Part shown: in pieces, positions 40,299 to 54,294 of the stretch | Position numbering within the stretch: the first letter of the stretch is position 1 | Layout of the letters: each line of letters begins with the position of its first letter | NCBI GenBank assembly: GCA_977017645.1 | Contig: OZ360223.1 | Span: 209,002,001-209,066,000, forward strand | Direction: 5' to 3' | From: Torpedo marmorata | Taxonomy: Eukaryota | Length of the DNA stretch: 64,000 nt | Program-made: the position numbers and the translations under genes | Notes under the pieces: generated by a model | Database searches by the model: none | What the model saw: only the letters and a program-made list of their open reading frames with translations | What the model was told of the DNA's origin: nothing

Positions 40299-42039
40299 AT
40301 TGGTTTTCACTTGTGAATCACAAAAATGACCAACGTTCTCAATGCTGCAGTGATTTTCATGCAGAGCCGTGTGGTTGTACAGTGTGTATTCATGAGATCA
40401 CCATTGCTTTGGATAGAGAGAAAAGAAATATTTTCTGAAGCATGGAAGTTGGGCATTCCACTGCAACAAAGATAAATTTGAACTCAATGTTCTTGGCTAA
40501 GCCTGCAGAAAGAACGTCTGCGTATAACTTGCAGTAAATTAACTATTGTCGCTGTCATTCTGTATGTAAATTTGACATCCGTTTGTGCACATGATACCCA
40601 GAACAGCCCAGGAGATGAATAACCAGAACATCTATTTTTTTTTTGGTATTGAGATATTTTAACGTTCCCTTGAACCACTGGAAAGGACGTTCTTCCTCCA
40701 TGCTGCAACCTATTATCAACCTGTGTTATCGGGCTGATGCTATATCTTGCACAAGTTGTTGGCCAAGATATTTGTGCATCTAGCTACCTGATTTTCAATT
40801 ATTTAATTTAAGTGACTGGAAAACATCTGTTAATGGCTTTGTCATGGCCATGCTCACTGCAAACGTTATTCCACCAAGTCCTTGCATATGCCTAATCAAC
40901 ATGTCTTAAGTCTTTATCCATTTGAAATAGAAAACTGCTGCTGTTTGCAACCATTGCCAGAAAAGCATCGTTGAAGTGAAACACAAAAGTCTGCAGACGC
41001 TGTGATTGTAGTGAAAACACAGATGCCGCAGAAACTCAGCCTGTCTTGTAACATCCTATGGACGATACGAGACCGGCTGAGTTCCTCCAGCATCTCTGTG
41101 TTTTTAAAGCATTGTTAAAGGGCTGTATGCTTGAATTACACACCATGAAAAGGCACAATTAAAAGATGTTACTGCAGAGCTATGCATTCCAAGAAATAAA
41201 CCGATTCTGCGCTTCACTTGGTCAAGAATTAATACCGTAGTCTTCAGTTGTATTGATAAATATCTGTAGCTTCAGTGACCATGCTGTAACTGGTGTACTA
41301 TGGTATAAGCAGGAGAATGGCTTCAGAGGATACAACTGATGAATTGGCAAGGTAATGTCACTCCTGGTCCATGATAGATTCCATCAGCCTTTTATCTGAA
41401 TATCTTTAAACCATATGGTTGATGAAGTGACATGGTGGAAATACATGGAACCTTTCCAGCATTTTACCATTTCTGTTGCGAGGGATAAAGTAAAAGCTCA
41501 GTTACCTTGAATGTGCTGGACTTGACATGTCAAATATACTGGTTAACTCAGTCAGCCCAAGTACTTCCCCAATGTCTGCCAGGGTGCTCCTTCAGCTCTG
41601 CCTGAGTGAAATCCCAGTTAATGATTTGCCTGATAACTGGGTTTTACTGTTCAAGTAATTAGATTTCAGTTTTGCTGGGGATATTTCTATCTTTTGCACA
41701 CTTGCCTTGGTAGAATAATGGAACAACGTATTTTGCTGTTCAGGCTCCGATCTTGTGTGAGAATGCATTGCCATCTTTTTATCTTTTTATCTTAGTAATT
41801 CTAGATGCAAGAATTCAAGTACAAATGCTAGGTGTCCAGTATTCGAAAATGTATTAAATATATTCTTTGCTGTTTAATATGATATTTGTTTTCTCTTATA
41901 ATTTGTAAAATTTGCCAAAATTATTTGGAAACTTTTATATTTAAAAAAAATGCAGTGTTACCCAGAAAAAAATATTGTGACTCTGAACTCCCAGTGGCAA
42001 CCCTAAAGAAACATTTGATTGATAAATCATTACCATTTA

Positions 42040-42654
42040 TTTCAAACTTTCTCTGCACTTTTTAAAGTTAATTTTAAACTTAATCCCTTAACTGCTTTAT
42101 TTGGTATTGTTGGAGAGAGTGACATAACTTTAACGGCATCTGATCTGCATGTATTAGCTTTTATTTCACTTATGGCTAGGCGGGCAGTGCTGCTCAGATG
42201 GAGGGACGTTACCCCGCTTAATCATGCTCAATGGCTACGTGACGTCATGTCATGTTTAAATTTAGAGAAGATTAGATGCTTAATTTCCGATTTGAATTCA
42301 AATTTTCAATCACTGTGGGGACCCTTTTTGAATTACTTTTATAATCTTTGATTTGATATGAAGGTAGAATGTTGACTAATGAGGTAATTTATCACTCTGA
42401 TAAGAATTCTGTCTTTTTTTTTTGGCCAAACAACTTCTTTCTTGGTAGTGGGTTTAGATTTTCCTTTTTGTTTTAATAATAAAATAATAAAATATTAATA
42501 CAATGTAACTTGTTTGATTGAAAGTGTAGGGTACCTTGGATGAAATTATATGATTTAAGTGTAATATATCTTTTTGACTTTTAATATATATCCGTATGTA
42601 CGCTGTATTTTTTGATACAAAATTTCAATGTTAATAAAAATATTGAAAAAGAAA
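42040..42654 (+). mobile_element. L1 3' fragment
   Basis: ARRAVLLRW..WLRDVMSCLNLEKIR..WGPFL; AATAAA tail; 19-bp TSD GATAAATCAT(T/C)ACCATTTA at 42021-39 and 42655-73. Confidence 0.9.
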
Positions 42655-45267
42655 GATAAATCATCACCATTTAGACCACTCCATTCAAGCCTGGGGAGCA
42701 CTGAATTTAGGAATTTTTGAAATTCAGTGAGTTTTGCTGTCTCCCAGATAGACCAGTAGATGGGAGTACAGCATTGGGAGTGCCAACTATGAACAAATTC
42801 CAGCAGCACCAGTCTTGTTCATGTTGAGAGAAAAAAAAAATGACAGAACTTATGTCACTGATGATAGTCCTGTGTTGCTCCCTGCTTAAGTTATTGTTGC
42901 TGTCATAGGTAATGCCAGAGAGACCTAATGGAAGGAAATAAGAGTTAAAGGGTCTATTTAAATGTGAAGTTCATATGACCTACTTTCTATTTGTTTAATA
43001 TCTAATTTGGTCGTGTCTCATAGTTTGTAAATTTAAAATTCACAATTGCTTCAGTGAAATGTGCAATTTAAGATGTTTCATTTTACTACTTTAAAATTTT
43101 AAAATCTAAGCTATGAAATTATATTTCATCACTCAGTGAAACTGCATTATAAACCCAATGGTGAGTTCGAAATTCTATAGCAGTGAGAAGTGTTTATGAT
43201 AAAAATAAGTTGGCCAGCCACATCTCCGTTCCTGACTCAATCTGTAATTTACTGTGAAAATTGAAGGAAATAATCTATATCTGTGGATAATTTTCATTAC
43301 CCTTGTTCATTGGTTTGACTGTTTGCAGTGTCGTCCATTTTTGTGCTGTAGATATGCACAACAACATTGAGGATAAAACCTTGATAGCAGGGTGTGTTGG
43401 TTTATTCAGTGAATGGCGGCAACAGGATTGACATTCAGAAAAGAAATGAAGGGCTTGGCATGGATGTTTCTGTAACACTGAGTAGGCATGAATCATTCAC
43501 GTTGACAATATGGTCAGCGTGAATGTTAGGCCAACTGAACAGTTCTCTGTAGGGCCAAAGGAGAAATGGATCTTCTGGAATGCCATAAACTATCTCCTTG
43601 CACGAGTCTGCCAGTTGAGACCCAATATGGTGGGATGGGACTATGTTACAGTGCCTAAGACTTATCTCTGCAGGAAAAGACATGCTTGGAATACAACAGG
43701 CAAACTATGAATTAGCTTTGGCAAGAACCCGATCTTTGCATTGTACCAGTCACTAAGGTGGATGGGTGCATGAAGCACTGAGGTTTGAAAGCCAAGAGTT
43801 GCAGAGCAATGGTAATATTCATTCAGCAGTATAAAAGTATGAATCCTGTAAAACTTCAGTAAGGCAGGAATTGTGAGATTATTCATGGGGCACAGGGTCA
43901 GCCAGCATCTTTGAAGAGAGGGACTGTTGATATTTCAGATAAAAGACTCCTCAGAACCATGATTATGCAGGTTAATGACTCCTCAGAAGTATGAATGTGC
44001 TCACCTCTGTCAGAACAACTTGACTGCACATTGAAGTGACATGGCAAATACATGACGTTGCTCGTGTCAGTGGATCAGCCAGCCTCATTAAACAAAATGA
44101 ACATCATGAAAGTTCATCGCTGTAGATTTTTTTAAAAATTTGGCAGCACATACATTATCTCGCTTTCCATTTTTATTTCTCTGGGTTTCCAACCTTGGAT
44201 AGGGCCCTCTTCAAAATAACTCCATCTGAGATCCTGGGACTAAAAGCTTCCGTACACAGCCAGTTTCTTAATTATTGAGCCAGGTTGACAAGTTGCTTAT
44301 TGTCTTGGAAGTTTCTGCTTGCCCGATTTCTTCACCTTTTGTCTCAATTTTTAATTGTAAATCTTCTCCAATAGTTATGTTGGAAAAAGTCCAAAACATA
44401 TCCTTAAATACAGTAATGAAGTTGTAGCTTGTTCTGTGGAGCTAACCAGAAGTATTCCTTTTTGGATTGAAATGCTGACACAGTGGATGTCTTTATAATG
44501 CATACATGGCAGCCTCCAGGAAGTGACTGTTGTGCATTGATATACAATGAATGTTGCCCCTTCTTGTCATTGTATTTATGAGCTTTAATTGAGATTTGGC
44601 AATAGTGCAATTCCTTTAAATACCCAAAGTCCGAAAGAAGATTTTGTTAACTCTGGCTTTTGTGCACGTTAAGTTACAGATACTTTCAGTGGCAGCCATG
44701 AATGACAGCTGTTGCATAAAAGACAAGGACAAAGAAATGCAGAATGATCGGCAATAAATTATAGGCAATAAAGTAAAGCAGAAGTTAAGCTCACAAACAA
44801 ACCTCCATGGTATATTTTGACAATACTGTGATACAGAATACTTCTATGAATGTTGTGATTTATCTGGTGAAGGGGAAGGTTTGTACAAGCATCATCTTCT
44901 ATGCAGAATAATCTTTAAAAAGTCCAGTGCACTGGAGAGGGCAGACAATATTTCACACTAATCCCATCCTATAGAGAAGTTGTGAAGCTGTAGAATATGA
45001 AGGAAAATTTAAACTGGTAAATCATTTGTGTACATTTTTTTCTAAAATACTTACATTCACAAACCTTCCTGTTGTCAAACTTATCTAATTTTTTTAACTA
45101 GCATCTTAGACAGATGCGAGTTTAAAAATAAATGATGACCAAGGAAGCAAAGTACCTTGTTATTCCATTCTGTGACTCCCTAGCGCTACCAAGTTATTTC
45201 ATCCACTGCCCCTTTCCACCACTTCCTCCATGTCATACTCATATTACTTGAGGGTTTTTGAAACTTT

Positions 45268-46505
45268 ATTTTTCTTTTTCAATATTTTTATTGAGTTTTA
45301 TAAGCAAATCGTACATAGGTAATAAGAATAAGTATCCAATAAAATAGATATACTATTATATATGGCTACAAATAACCTATGATACATTGAAAAAGACAAA
45401 AAAGAAAAAAGACACATGTAAAATTTATACTAATAATCTAACCCCTCCCTTGTGAAGTTATTGGTTGAACATATGTGTTCCACTACTGTAAAAGGGAAAA
45501 CAACCAAACCACAAAACAGGATCTAAGTAATCTTATAAATTATGAAAATAATTAAGAAAAGGACCCCATAAACTTATAAAGTTAAAGTTCATTTCAGCAG
45601 TAGAACCTCTAATTTTTCCAAAGTCAGACATGCCATCACATCAGATAGCCATCTTTCCATCTCATTAATATAGCTCTTTTAGCAATAAGGAGAGCAAAGG
45701 CAACTACACGGGATTGTAGCCCAGACAAATTCAAGCCAGTTGGCTTACAAGGCAAGAAAAGGATTAGGAGTCAAATTAATATTAAGAACTAAAGATAAGG
45801 TACAAAAAATACTTTCCCAATAAATGGAAAGAGAAGAACATGACCAAAACATATGAAACAATGTACCTTCTTCAGTCTTACATTTGTCACATTTTGAAGA
45901 AATATTAGAATAGAATTTAGCCAATTGAACTTTGGAGAAATGAGCTCGATGTACTACTTTAAATTGTAATAATGAGTGCCGGGCACATAGAGAAGATGAA
46001 TTTACAAATTTCAAAATAGAGTCCCATGTAGCATCAGAAAATAATTTTGGAAAATCTTTCTCCCATAATTTCTTAATCTTGTCCAGGGAATTACCACTAG
46101 ACAACAATAATGACTCATAAAGAACTGATATCAACTTTTTATGATTTGGTTTAAAATTATAAATCTTCTCTATCATATTTAATTCCAGATCTTGAGGGAG
46201 TCTCAATACCAAGGAATTCAAAAAGATCCTAATCTGTAAATATCTAAAAAAATGATGTTTAGATAGTTTAAACTTAGAAGATAATTGTTCAAAAGAAGCC
46301 ACATTTTGGTCAATAAAAAGATCTTGAAAAGATTGGATACCTAACTCCGACCATTCATGAAAACCAAAATCTTGTACCGAAGGTTTAAAAATAAATTAGC
46401 TAAAAGGGGACTGACTAGCAGAAATCTATGGTATCCAAAATGTTTTCTAAATTGAAACCAAATCCTCAACGTATGTTTAACAACAAAATTGTCAGTTAAT
46501 TTGGA
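45268..46505 (-). mobile_element. L1 3' fragment
   Basis: FFRYLQIR, QFKVVHRAH, CDKCKTEEGTLFHMFWSC; TSD GTTTTTGAAACTTT at 45254-67 and 46506-19. Confidence 0.9.
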
Positions 46506-47419
46506 GTTTTTGAAACTTTTTAATGTTTTGAATGAACAATAACAAACAGTATAATATTGTAATAAACACAATATCTTATAGCAACACAATTAAATTTACC
46601 TAATGAAAGTCATTTTGTTAATTATGTAATTTTGTGTTTACTTTTAACTCCCTTTCAGGTGGAAGCGCAGTGTGACAGAAAATTTTACTGCAAAGCAAAA
46701 ACAAAATTTAGGGAAAATGAAGCTGAAAAAAAAGATGGAACCAACGGAATAGACACTTGGGCATAAATATTTGTGTAATAGGCCATCAAACGGCAGTTTG
46801 TTAATCTTAAAATTTACCTGTTTAATCTCCATAATATTTTGTGTGTAATGTTATGAGCAAGAAACCATGCAAAATAAAGAGACAGATCGAAGATAATACA
46901 GGTTTGGGAAAGAACTCTGAATACTGAATTTAATATCAAATGAAGCATAATTCTTAAACTTCAATGAAAATTAAAACTTGATGTTCCACATTTGAAATAC
47001 TTAATTTTCAGAGACACTGACTGCCAACACTTGTGGTACATATAATACTTTGCCTTAAATTACTTTGGTGATTAAATTTGATTCCTATCTAAAGGGCAAA
47101 TAGTTAATTGACAGTTGTTAACAGGATAGAGGCTGAGAGGCTGATTTCCCCAGCTGAGATTGTTAAGCACCAGTTTTGCACGGTTGGTATTTAGGTCTGA
47201 GATGAAATTTCCTTAAGCAAAGACTTTTAAGTCATTGGAATTTTATGCTCAGTCATTGAATGATGTATTTTTGAAAACCAGTGGATTCAAAGGATATAAT
47301 GTGAACCAATTTGCCACAGTTCAAACTTGCTTTATTCCACTGTACCTTGCACGATGCAATCCATTATTGCCGATGAGCTACTGGAATGTATCAAATCTCA
47401 ACTTCTTAGAAAGGAGTCA

Positions 47420-47885
47420 TTAATCTGGAAAGGGTGCAGAAAAGATTCATGAGCATGTTTCTGGGACTGATGGGCTTGAGTTGTAAGGATAGGCTGGAAT
47501 TTTATTCTTGAGCTTGAGGTCTAGAGGCTGAGGAGTGGGGGAACTAAGTAGTTTAGAAAATCATGAGGGCATGGGTGAGATAAATAGTTGCAGGTTTTTT
47601 CCCCCAGAGTAGTGGAGTTTAAAACTGCAGATTTTAGGTGGTGGGGGGGAGATTTTAAAAGGACCTGAGGCACCTTTTCAGACGGAGGGTGGTAGTTATG
47701 TCAAACATGCTGCCAGAGAAAACGATAAAGGAGAGTACAATTATGACATTTAAAAGACATTTGGATGGATACAGGGATAGGAAAGGTTCAGAGTGGAGTG
47801 GGACGAGCTTGGGAAAATAACTTGGTCAGCGCAGACACGTTGGGCTGAAGGAGCTGTTTTACTGTTTGTATGAATCTATGATATG
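47420..47885 (+). mobile_element. Degraded CR1 3' fragment(s)
   Basis: ERVQKRF-type remnant and GGGCTGAAGG..TGTATGAATCTATGA tail. Confidence 0.65.
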
Positions 47886-48984
47886 GGATTAAGTCTGGTG
47901 ACTTTAGGTGCAGAATCAGCCAAGACTAGTGTTGCAGGCTCGAAGGCCTGCTTTTTGCCCCTATTCCGTGTGTTCTTATTTCATAATGTTCAATAGATTT
48001 GAGTAAGGAAGTGAACAGGAATAAGACCGACAGTGCCTTGACTCTACCCTAAAACTGCAAAGGATCCAGACAGATCTGATCTTGGCTGTCACTCCTCTTT
48101 CCCACCTGTTCCCCATAAACCGTCAATTTCACAATAATCCAGAATGGTCTCTGTCTCAGCCTTGATTATTCTTAATTATTTTTCATCCAGAGCTCTCCAG
48201 ATGGAGAATTCCCAATATTCACAACCTTGTGAGTGAAGTAATAGGAGCCAAGTAGTGAGATACTGAAAATTACTGGCTGAACACTCAACTCTGCCAGCAA
48301 TGTTTACCCCTTTTCATATTTAATTGTGAATCTATCCTTGCCTGGCTGCTGTCTGTTTTGCATCAAAATTTTGTCAAATGGAAGCTGCAACACAAAGAGA
48401 TCAGAGCCAGATAAAGAATTTTAATTTAATTTATTGTGTAAATACCATAGGGTGACTTAGTGATTCTTTGCTTGCTCTGCAAAGGAAGGCTTTGCAATGT
48501 AACTTGTGTACAACAAAATTGAATCGAGTTGGAATCTAAAATTGTCTTTTTTAAAAGAAAAAAATCAATAAAAGTAACCCAAGCAGCGAAAACATTATTG
48601 ATTACAAATGTGGATTTGCAAACTAATTCCGCGTAGATTTGCAACAGTCAGTAACAATCAGAATCATAGAGCCTTCTCAATCATCACCACTAACTTTTTT
48701 ATTTGGATAAACAAGGGCCAGTTTTTGCTTTTCATTTTGTATGTTGTCTAAACTCAATAAGAACTTCACTAGTTTGCCAAGGAATTGCACACATGCTTTA
48801 AGCATTCTGTAAACCTGGGAGAGAAAAAGACAAGTGGCAAATCTGGCCACTGCCACCTGTTAAATCATTAATTCAACCAAACAATTGGAAGTGTTGGACA
48901 AAACCCAGATTATGTCATAACTGATTAGAACCTCCAGATGTTGTTTAGCAATAGGTTGACAGGACATGCCGATCGGTTATTTAC

Positions 48985-49776
48985 ATATTTCAATTCCCCG
49001 CCCCATTCACTTGCTGACATGTCTGTCCATGGTCTCATGCTCTGCCAGACGGAGACCACCTGCAAATTGGAGGAACAACACCTCATCTTCCATCTGGGTA
49101 CCCTCTAACCGGATGGCATTAACATCGACTTCTCCAGTTTCTGTGAAACCTCACCCCCCCCCTCTTATCTTTGTCCCTCTCTCCTCTAGTTCTTTCTGTC
49201 TCTCTAGGCCCTTTTATAGTGCAAAAAAAGCAATTGTGAAGACAGAACATTTCTGTCTTTAAGTCGCTTCACTTACCTCCATAAAAGGTCCGATGGCGGA
49301 TTGGCCAGTTGAACTCCGATCCGCCTAGGGGGGTACACACAGGTGGAGAGAATCTCTTCACCGCCTCCATAAAACGAATGCCGCTGAAAGCGGCTGCAAA
49401 GGGGAGGGTTGATAACGTCGTCAGCCCATGACCCAGGAGCGCGAATTTTTAAAAAAACCATATGGTTAATAGAGGCTATTACGCTGTGCGGGAGATCTGC
49501 CCGAGTCCTAAGACTGCCTGCACAGATCTCCACCAGCGCTCTTACTCTTTCGGGTATAGGCCACTTTCCCTTCTCGGCGCGTATGTTTGACGTCATGGTG
49601 GCGGGCGGCGCTACTGCACCACTCGCCCCGCCTCCCTCAGATTGGGAAGCTGGCTCCCGACGCAACTCAGCATAAAGGCAACGCTGGATACGCCATATAG
49701 GTCGTCACCATGAAAAGTAATTTCACCTTTTTTTTTTACTTGAGCCGGCTTTATAGCAGTATTTAAGCATAAAAAG

Positions 49777-49808
<32 letters not shown>

Positions 49809-50040
49809 CACAGAGCCAAAATCAATTCTCAACTTTCCTCTTATCATATCCAATTAACACCTTTTGTCTGTTGGTCTGGACTCCTCCCCCTCCCAGTCTT
49901 TAATTCAGATGCCTACCTGCTATTTGCTTATACCTTGAAGAATGGCTCAGGCCCGAAACGTCAGTAATATATCTTTACCTCCTTTGGACACTGCAAGACC
50001 GACTGAGTTCGTCCAGCATATCTGTGTGTTTTTATTTACA
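48985..50040 (+). mobile_element. Penelope-like 3' part (GIY-YIG C-terminus plus 3' UTR), split by a Harbinger-like insertion
   Basis: KLEEQHLIFHLGTL*PDGINIDFS; hammerhead-like motif at 49929-49970. Confidence 0.8.
49206..49781. mobile_element. Harbinger-like non-autonomous element inserted in a (TC)n tract
   Basis: Imperfect TIRs AGGCCCTTTT / AAAAGGGTTT; CpG-rich interior interrupts the Penelope UTR. Confidence 0.65.
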
Positions 50041-50233
50041 TATAACTATAAGAAGATGCTTGAAATGAGACTTTGCACTTGAGTATTCTGTATATTGTTA
50101 TTCTGTTTGATATCTTTAAATTCACAGTTCCAATATGCTCTCCAGTGTTGAAATTGGGACTCTTTGTATGAAGACAGAGTCTTCGTGATGAAGAGGATAT
50201 TTGACTGGAAGCTCAAATAAGGTCCAAATAAGT

Positions 50234-51795
50234 TCAAGTCAAGTTTATTGTCATCTGATTGTACAAGTACAACCTGACAAAACAGCGTTCTCCGGTCCTC
50301 AGTGCAAAACATGCAGGCACACAACCAGACATGACACACATACACACAAACAATATATATGCAGGACAAGTGTTTTATCGATACATATAAATAAATAAAT
50401 ATTGTTTTGTACATATTGGAGTCTCGGAGGGTTTGTGTGAGCAGTTCCTTTGGTCGTTCAGCATTCCCACTGCCCGTGGGAAGAAGCTGTTCCTCAGCCT
50501 GGTGGTGCTGGCTATGAAACTCCTGTATCTCTTCCCTGACGGGAGCAGCTGAAAGATGCTGTGTGCAGGGTGGAAGGGGTCCTCAATGATTTTGCATGCC
50601 CTCTTCAGTCAACGATCCTGGTAGATCACGTTGATGGTGGGTGGGAGAGAGACTCCAGTGCTCCTCTCTGCCACTTTTATGGTCCTGTGGATTGACCTCT
50701 GATCCATTTCTCTGCAGCAACCGTATCACACTGATGCAGCCAGCCAGGATGCTCTCGATAAGGTTGACATAATGGTGGCCGGTGGCCTTGCCCGCTTCTC
50801 AGGAAGTGCAGTCACTGTTGCGCCTTCCTGACAAGTGAGGAGATGTTGAGTGTCCACGATAGGTCATTGGTTAAGTGAACTCTAAGGTACTTGGTGCTCT
50901 CCATTCTCTACTACAGAGTTGTTTATGTGTAGTGGAGAGTGGTCGTTCCTGGTCCTCCTGAAGTCCATGATCATCTCCTTTGTCTTGTCCACGTTGAGAC
51001 TCAGGTTGTTACTCTCGCACCATTTCACGAGATTTGCCACCTCTTCTCTGTTGTGCGACTCATCATTGTTGTTGGTGAGACCAACTACTGTTGTGTCATC
51101 TGCAAACTTGACCCTGTTGGAGCTGGATCTGGCGATGCAGTCATGGGTCAGTAACGTGAACAGGAGCGGGCTGAGGTGTGTCAGTGCTCAGCATGATGGT
51201 GCTCGACATTCCACTACCAACCCGGTCAGACTGTGGTCTTTCAGTTAGGAAGTCCAGGATCCAATTGCAGATAGGGGTGTTGAGTTCCAGCGAGGACAGC
51301 TTCTCCACCAACCTCTGGGGAATGATCATATTAAACGCGAAGCTGAAGTCAATGAACAGCAGCCTGGAGTATGAGGTGCCGTTGTCCAGGTGGGCCAGGA
51401 TGGAGTGAAGCGACAAGGCTATAGTATCGTCTGTGGAACGGTTTATTCTATAGGCGAATTGAAATGGGTCCAGGGTCTCTGGGAGGTGTGCTTTGATGCA
51501 TTCCATCACCAGATGCTCAAAGCATTTCATAATGGTGGAGGTCAGTGCCACAGGGCGGTTGTCATTGAGGCCTGTTATTGTCGCCCTCTTGGGTACCGGG
51601 TTGATGGTGGCTGTCTTGAACCCTATAGGAACGATGGACTGCTGCAGTGAGTTGTTGAAGATGTCCATGGAGACCTTCGTCAATTGGTCTGCACAGTCCT
51701 TCAGTACCTGACCAGGTATGTTGTCTGGTCCCTCCGCCTTGTGTGGGTTCACCTTGGATAGGGTTCTCACTTGGCTGTGGCGGTGGCTAGACAGG
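50234..51795 (-). mobile_element. Rex1/Babar-like LINE with RT
   Basis: [47 protein letters not shown]; TCAAG-repeat tail. Confidence 0.9.
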
Positions 51796-51871
51796 TTGAT
51801 GGAATTGGTAGCTTGGGTGTTAGGAATTCAACAAAGGGACCTGTATTTGGGGAAGAAAGATACAGATATGC

Positions 51872-52225
51872 AGGAGTAAAACACGAAAGTCTGCAGATGC
51901 TGTGATTGTAGTAAAAACACACAGAAATGCTGGAGGAGCTCAGCCAGTCTCGCAGCGTCCATAGGAGGTAAAGATATATGACCGATGTTTCAGGCCTGAG
52001 CCCTTCTTCAAGGTATAAGCAAAAAAAAGGAAGGCGTCTGAATAAAGACTGAAGAATGGCAGCTTGAGAGCAGCAGGGAATGCAGATGGGGAGCAGTGAG
52101 AGAGACTCACAGAACTCCCTTCAAAGAGAGGAGGAGAACAACTTAAGGGTAGATATCCCTTGAAGAGATATCGCAGTGGATCAACTGAATGGAGTGAAAC
52201 ACGAAAGTCGGCAGATGCTGTAAGA
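51872..52225 (-). mobile_element. Penelope 3'-end fragment with partial tandem copy of the terminus
   Basis: AAACACGAAAGTC(T/G)GCAGATGCTGT at ~51878 and ~52197; hammerhead-like motif at 51975-52018. Confidence 0.7.
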
Positions 52226-54294
52226 TGTGCAGGAACCTGGCCATAAGAGGGAGTAATGCACACAGTAGCAGTTCAAGATGTTAGTTCATCACCAACCCCT
52301 CAAAACCATTTAGGGATGGGCAATAAATTCTGGTCTTGTCACCCATCCTTTTAATGCAAGAATGAATACAATAAAAAACAAAAGTTGTAATAGCTTATTG
52401 GCAGAAATAAATTGGATCAGGGAATTATATGTTATCTATAATTAATGGGAATTATGGTGGGAATATTATATTGGAAAATATCAAATTACTTATTCAAAAA
52501 CATTTGTTTCCATATCATGAACATTCCACAAGGTAATATTCATAATTTATGATTATATTATGCACTATTAAATTCAAACCTTTGGCCTATGTAATTGAGT
52601 GGTCCATTAATTAAAGCCTTCAGGCCTTTCATAAAGGTTGTGGGGGTGGGGAGCAATGCAGTTTGAAGAACCCTCTCTACAATTATATACATGTATTTGT
52701 AGTTTTATAAACAAATACACGAGTGCATTGTAACATTTTTAAATGCATTTTCCAGGTCGAATGCATTTGAATTTTTTTTTGCCCTCCCCCCTCCCTGAAA
52801 GATAGAAATAAAACAGATGGCCATAACAGCCAGAAGAACTGATCTCAGCGTGAGGCCTACTGCAACTGTTTCCTGTGTGTACAGCTTAGGCCTCTATCTC
52901 TGTGTGTGGTATTACAGTACCTGCTTCACAGACTTCCCTTTTGCTTCCCTCTTCCTCCTTCACTGCCTCATCGTGTCCTCCTCCCTCAGGCCAGCTCATT
53001 GAGCTCAATTACAAAGCAGACAGCCAAATTATTACAAGTTCTTTAACTCTGGATTCAAACTAGCACCTTTACCCAGATGACAATGTCATCTTCCCATGTT
53101 GCCAGCAGCAACATGTGTTATACATTAACTCCATTTACCCTTCTCCCCTTGACCCTCACTGATATTGCAATTAGCACCCTATCTGTCACTTCCTCATGTG
53201 GAATGTAAGAATGGTATGCAATGATGTAAGACTAAAGAGAAACCCAGAGGCCAAATAGTCAACAAAAAAGTGAAGTATTGCCAATATTTAGAACTTTTTT
53301 GTCAGAAAAATCAAGTCTGTCTTCAATTCTTTTTCTTCCCCAGGGAGAAAGAGGCTATGTTAATATTAAGACACTTTCTGGCCTTCGTATTTGAACCTGT
53401 TGTGAGTGCCTTATTGAATGTAATCCTGTAATTTCCCTAAACCGATGTTACATTTTGTGAAATATCTCCTTACTAAACAGTTAGTTGCCAACTAAACTCT
53501 GCCACCAACGATGAATATTAGAGTTGTTCCTCTGACCCCAAGTTTCAGAAAAAAATCCAATCTACGAACAATTGTACACCCCCACCGAGTATTTTCCATT
53601 TGCAGTTCCATTTGATCAAGCTTGTTTTAAATCTGAAGCCAGTCTGTTTCCACGTTTGGAACTCACTATTTTATGCTCAGAAATAGTCTTCTCCAAGAAA
53701 CAACAAGACAAAATTATTGCAAGGGGCAACTGTGGAAATTTGACTGGGCATTTCCAATAGCATGGATTTAGCATCTAATTTTTTAAACATTATTCTGAAC
53801 CTCTGGATTCCTTAATTAAGTCATATCCATTAAGATGTTGTCAATCATTATGATCACAACTTCCTCCTGCAATGTATATGCAGTATTGCTCTATGTGACT
53901 GTCTTTGCTTGGATCTGCTTTTAGTTATTTAGAGGTAACCTTGCCTTCTCCACTAATGGCCTTCCTTCTCAATGTGCATGCAGCATGGTCAAATGATGGA
54001 TAAGTCTCTGGAATGGTATTCAAAAACTTGAACAATTAATCTGAAAACAAGTTTAAATCCTACCATGTTAACAGTGAATTTACTGTCGTCTAGCAAATTT
54101 GAATGCAGAAATCAGAGTTTGCTCTTATCTGTTTTTACTGGAAACCACACATAAAAACCATTTAATGCATGTTTTAATGTGATGGCGACCATTTCCAGTG
54201 GAAGTCCTAACCATTAGGAAACTCAACTGGGCACTTCAACTGGCATGGCTAATGCTTTCTTGTGTCATTTGTGCAAATGACATCATCAACGTTT

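Noticed and set aside
43000-54290. Second host gene downstream of HECTD3 (ORFs at 43510 and 52817; acceptor-like sites near 46658 and 53343)
   Set aside because: No recognisable protein similarity or consistent exon chain; small or non-coding exons cannot be excluded.
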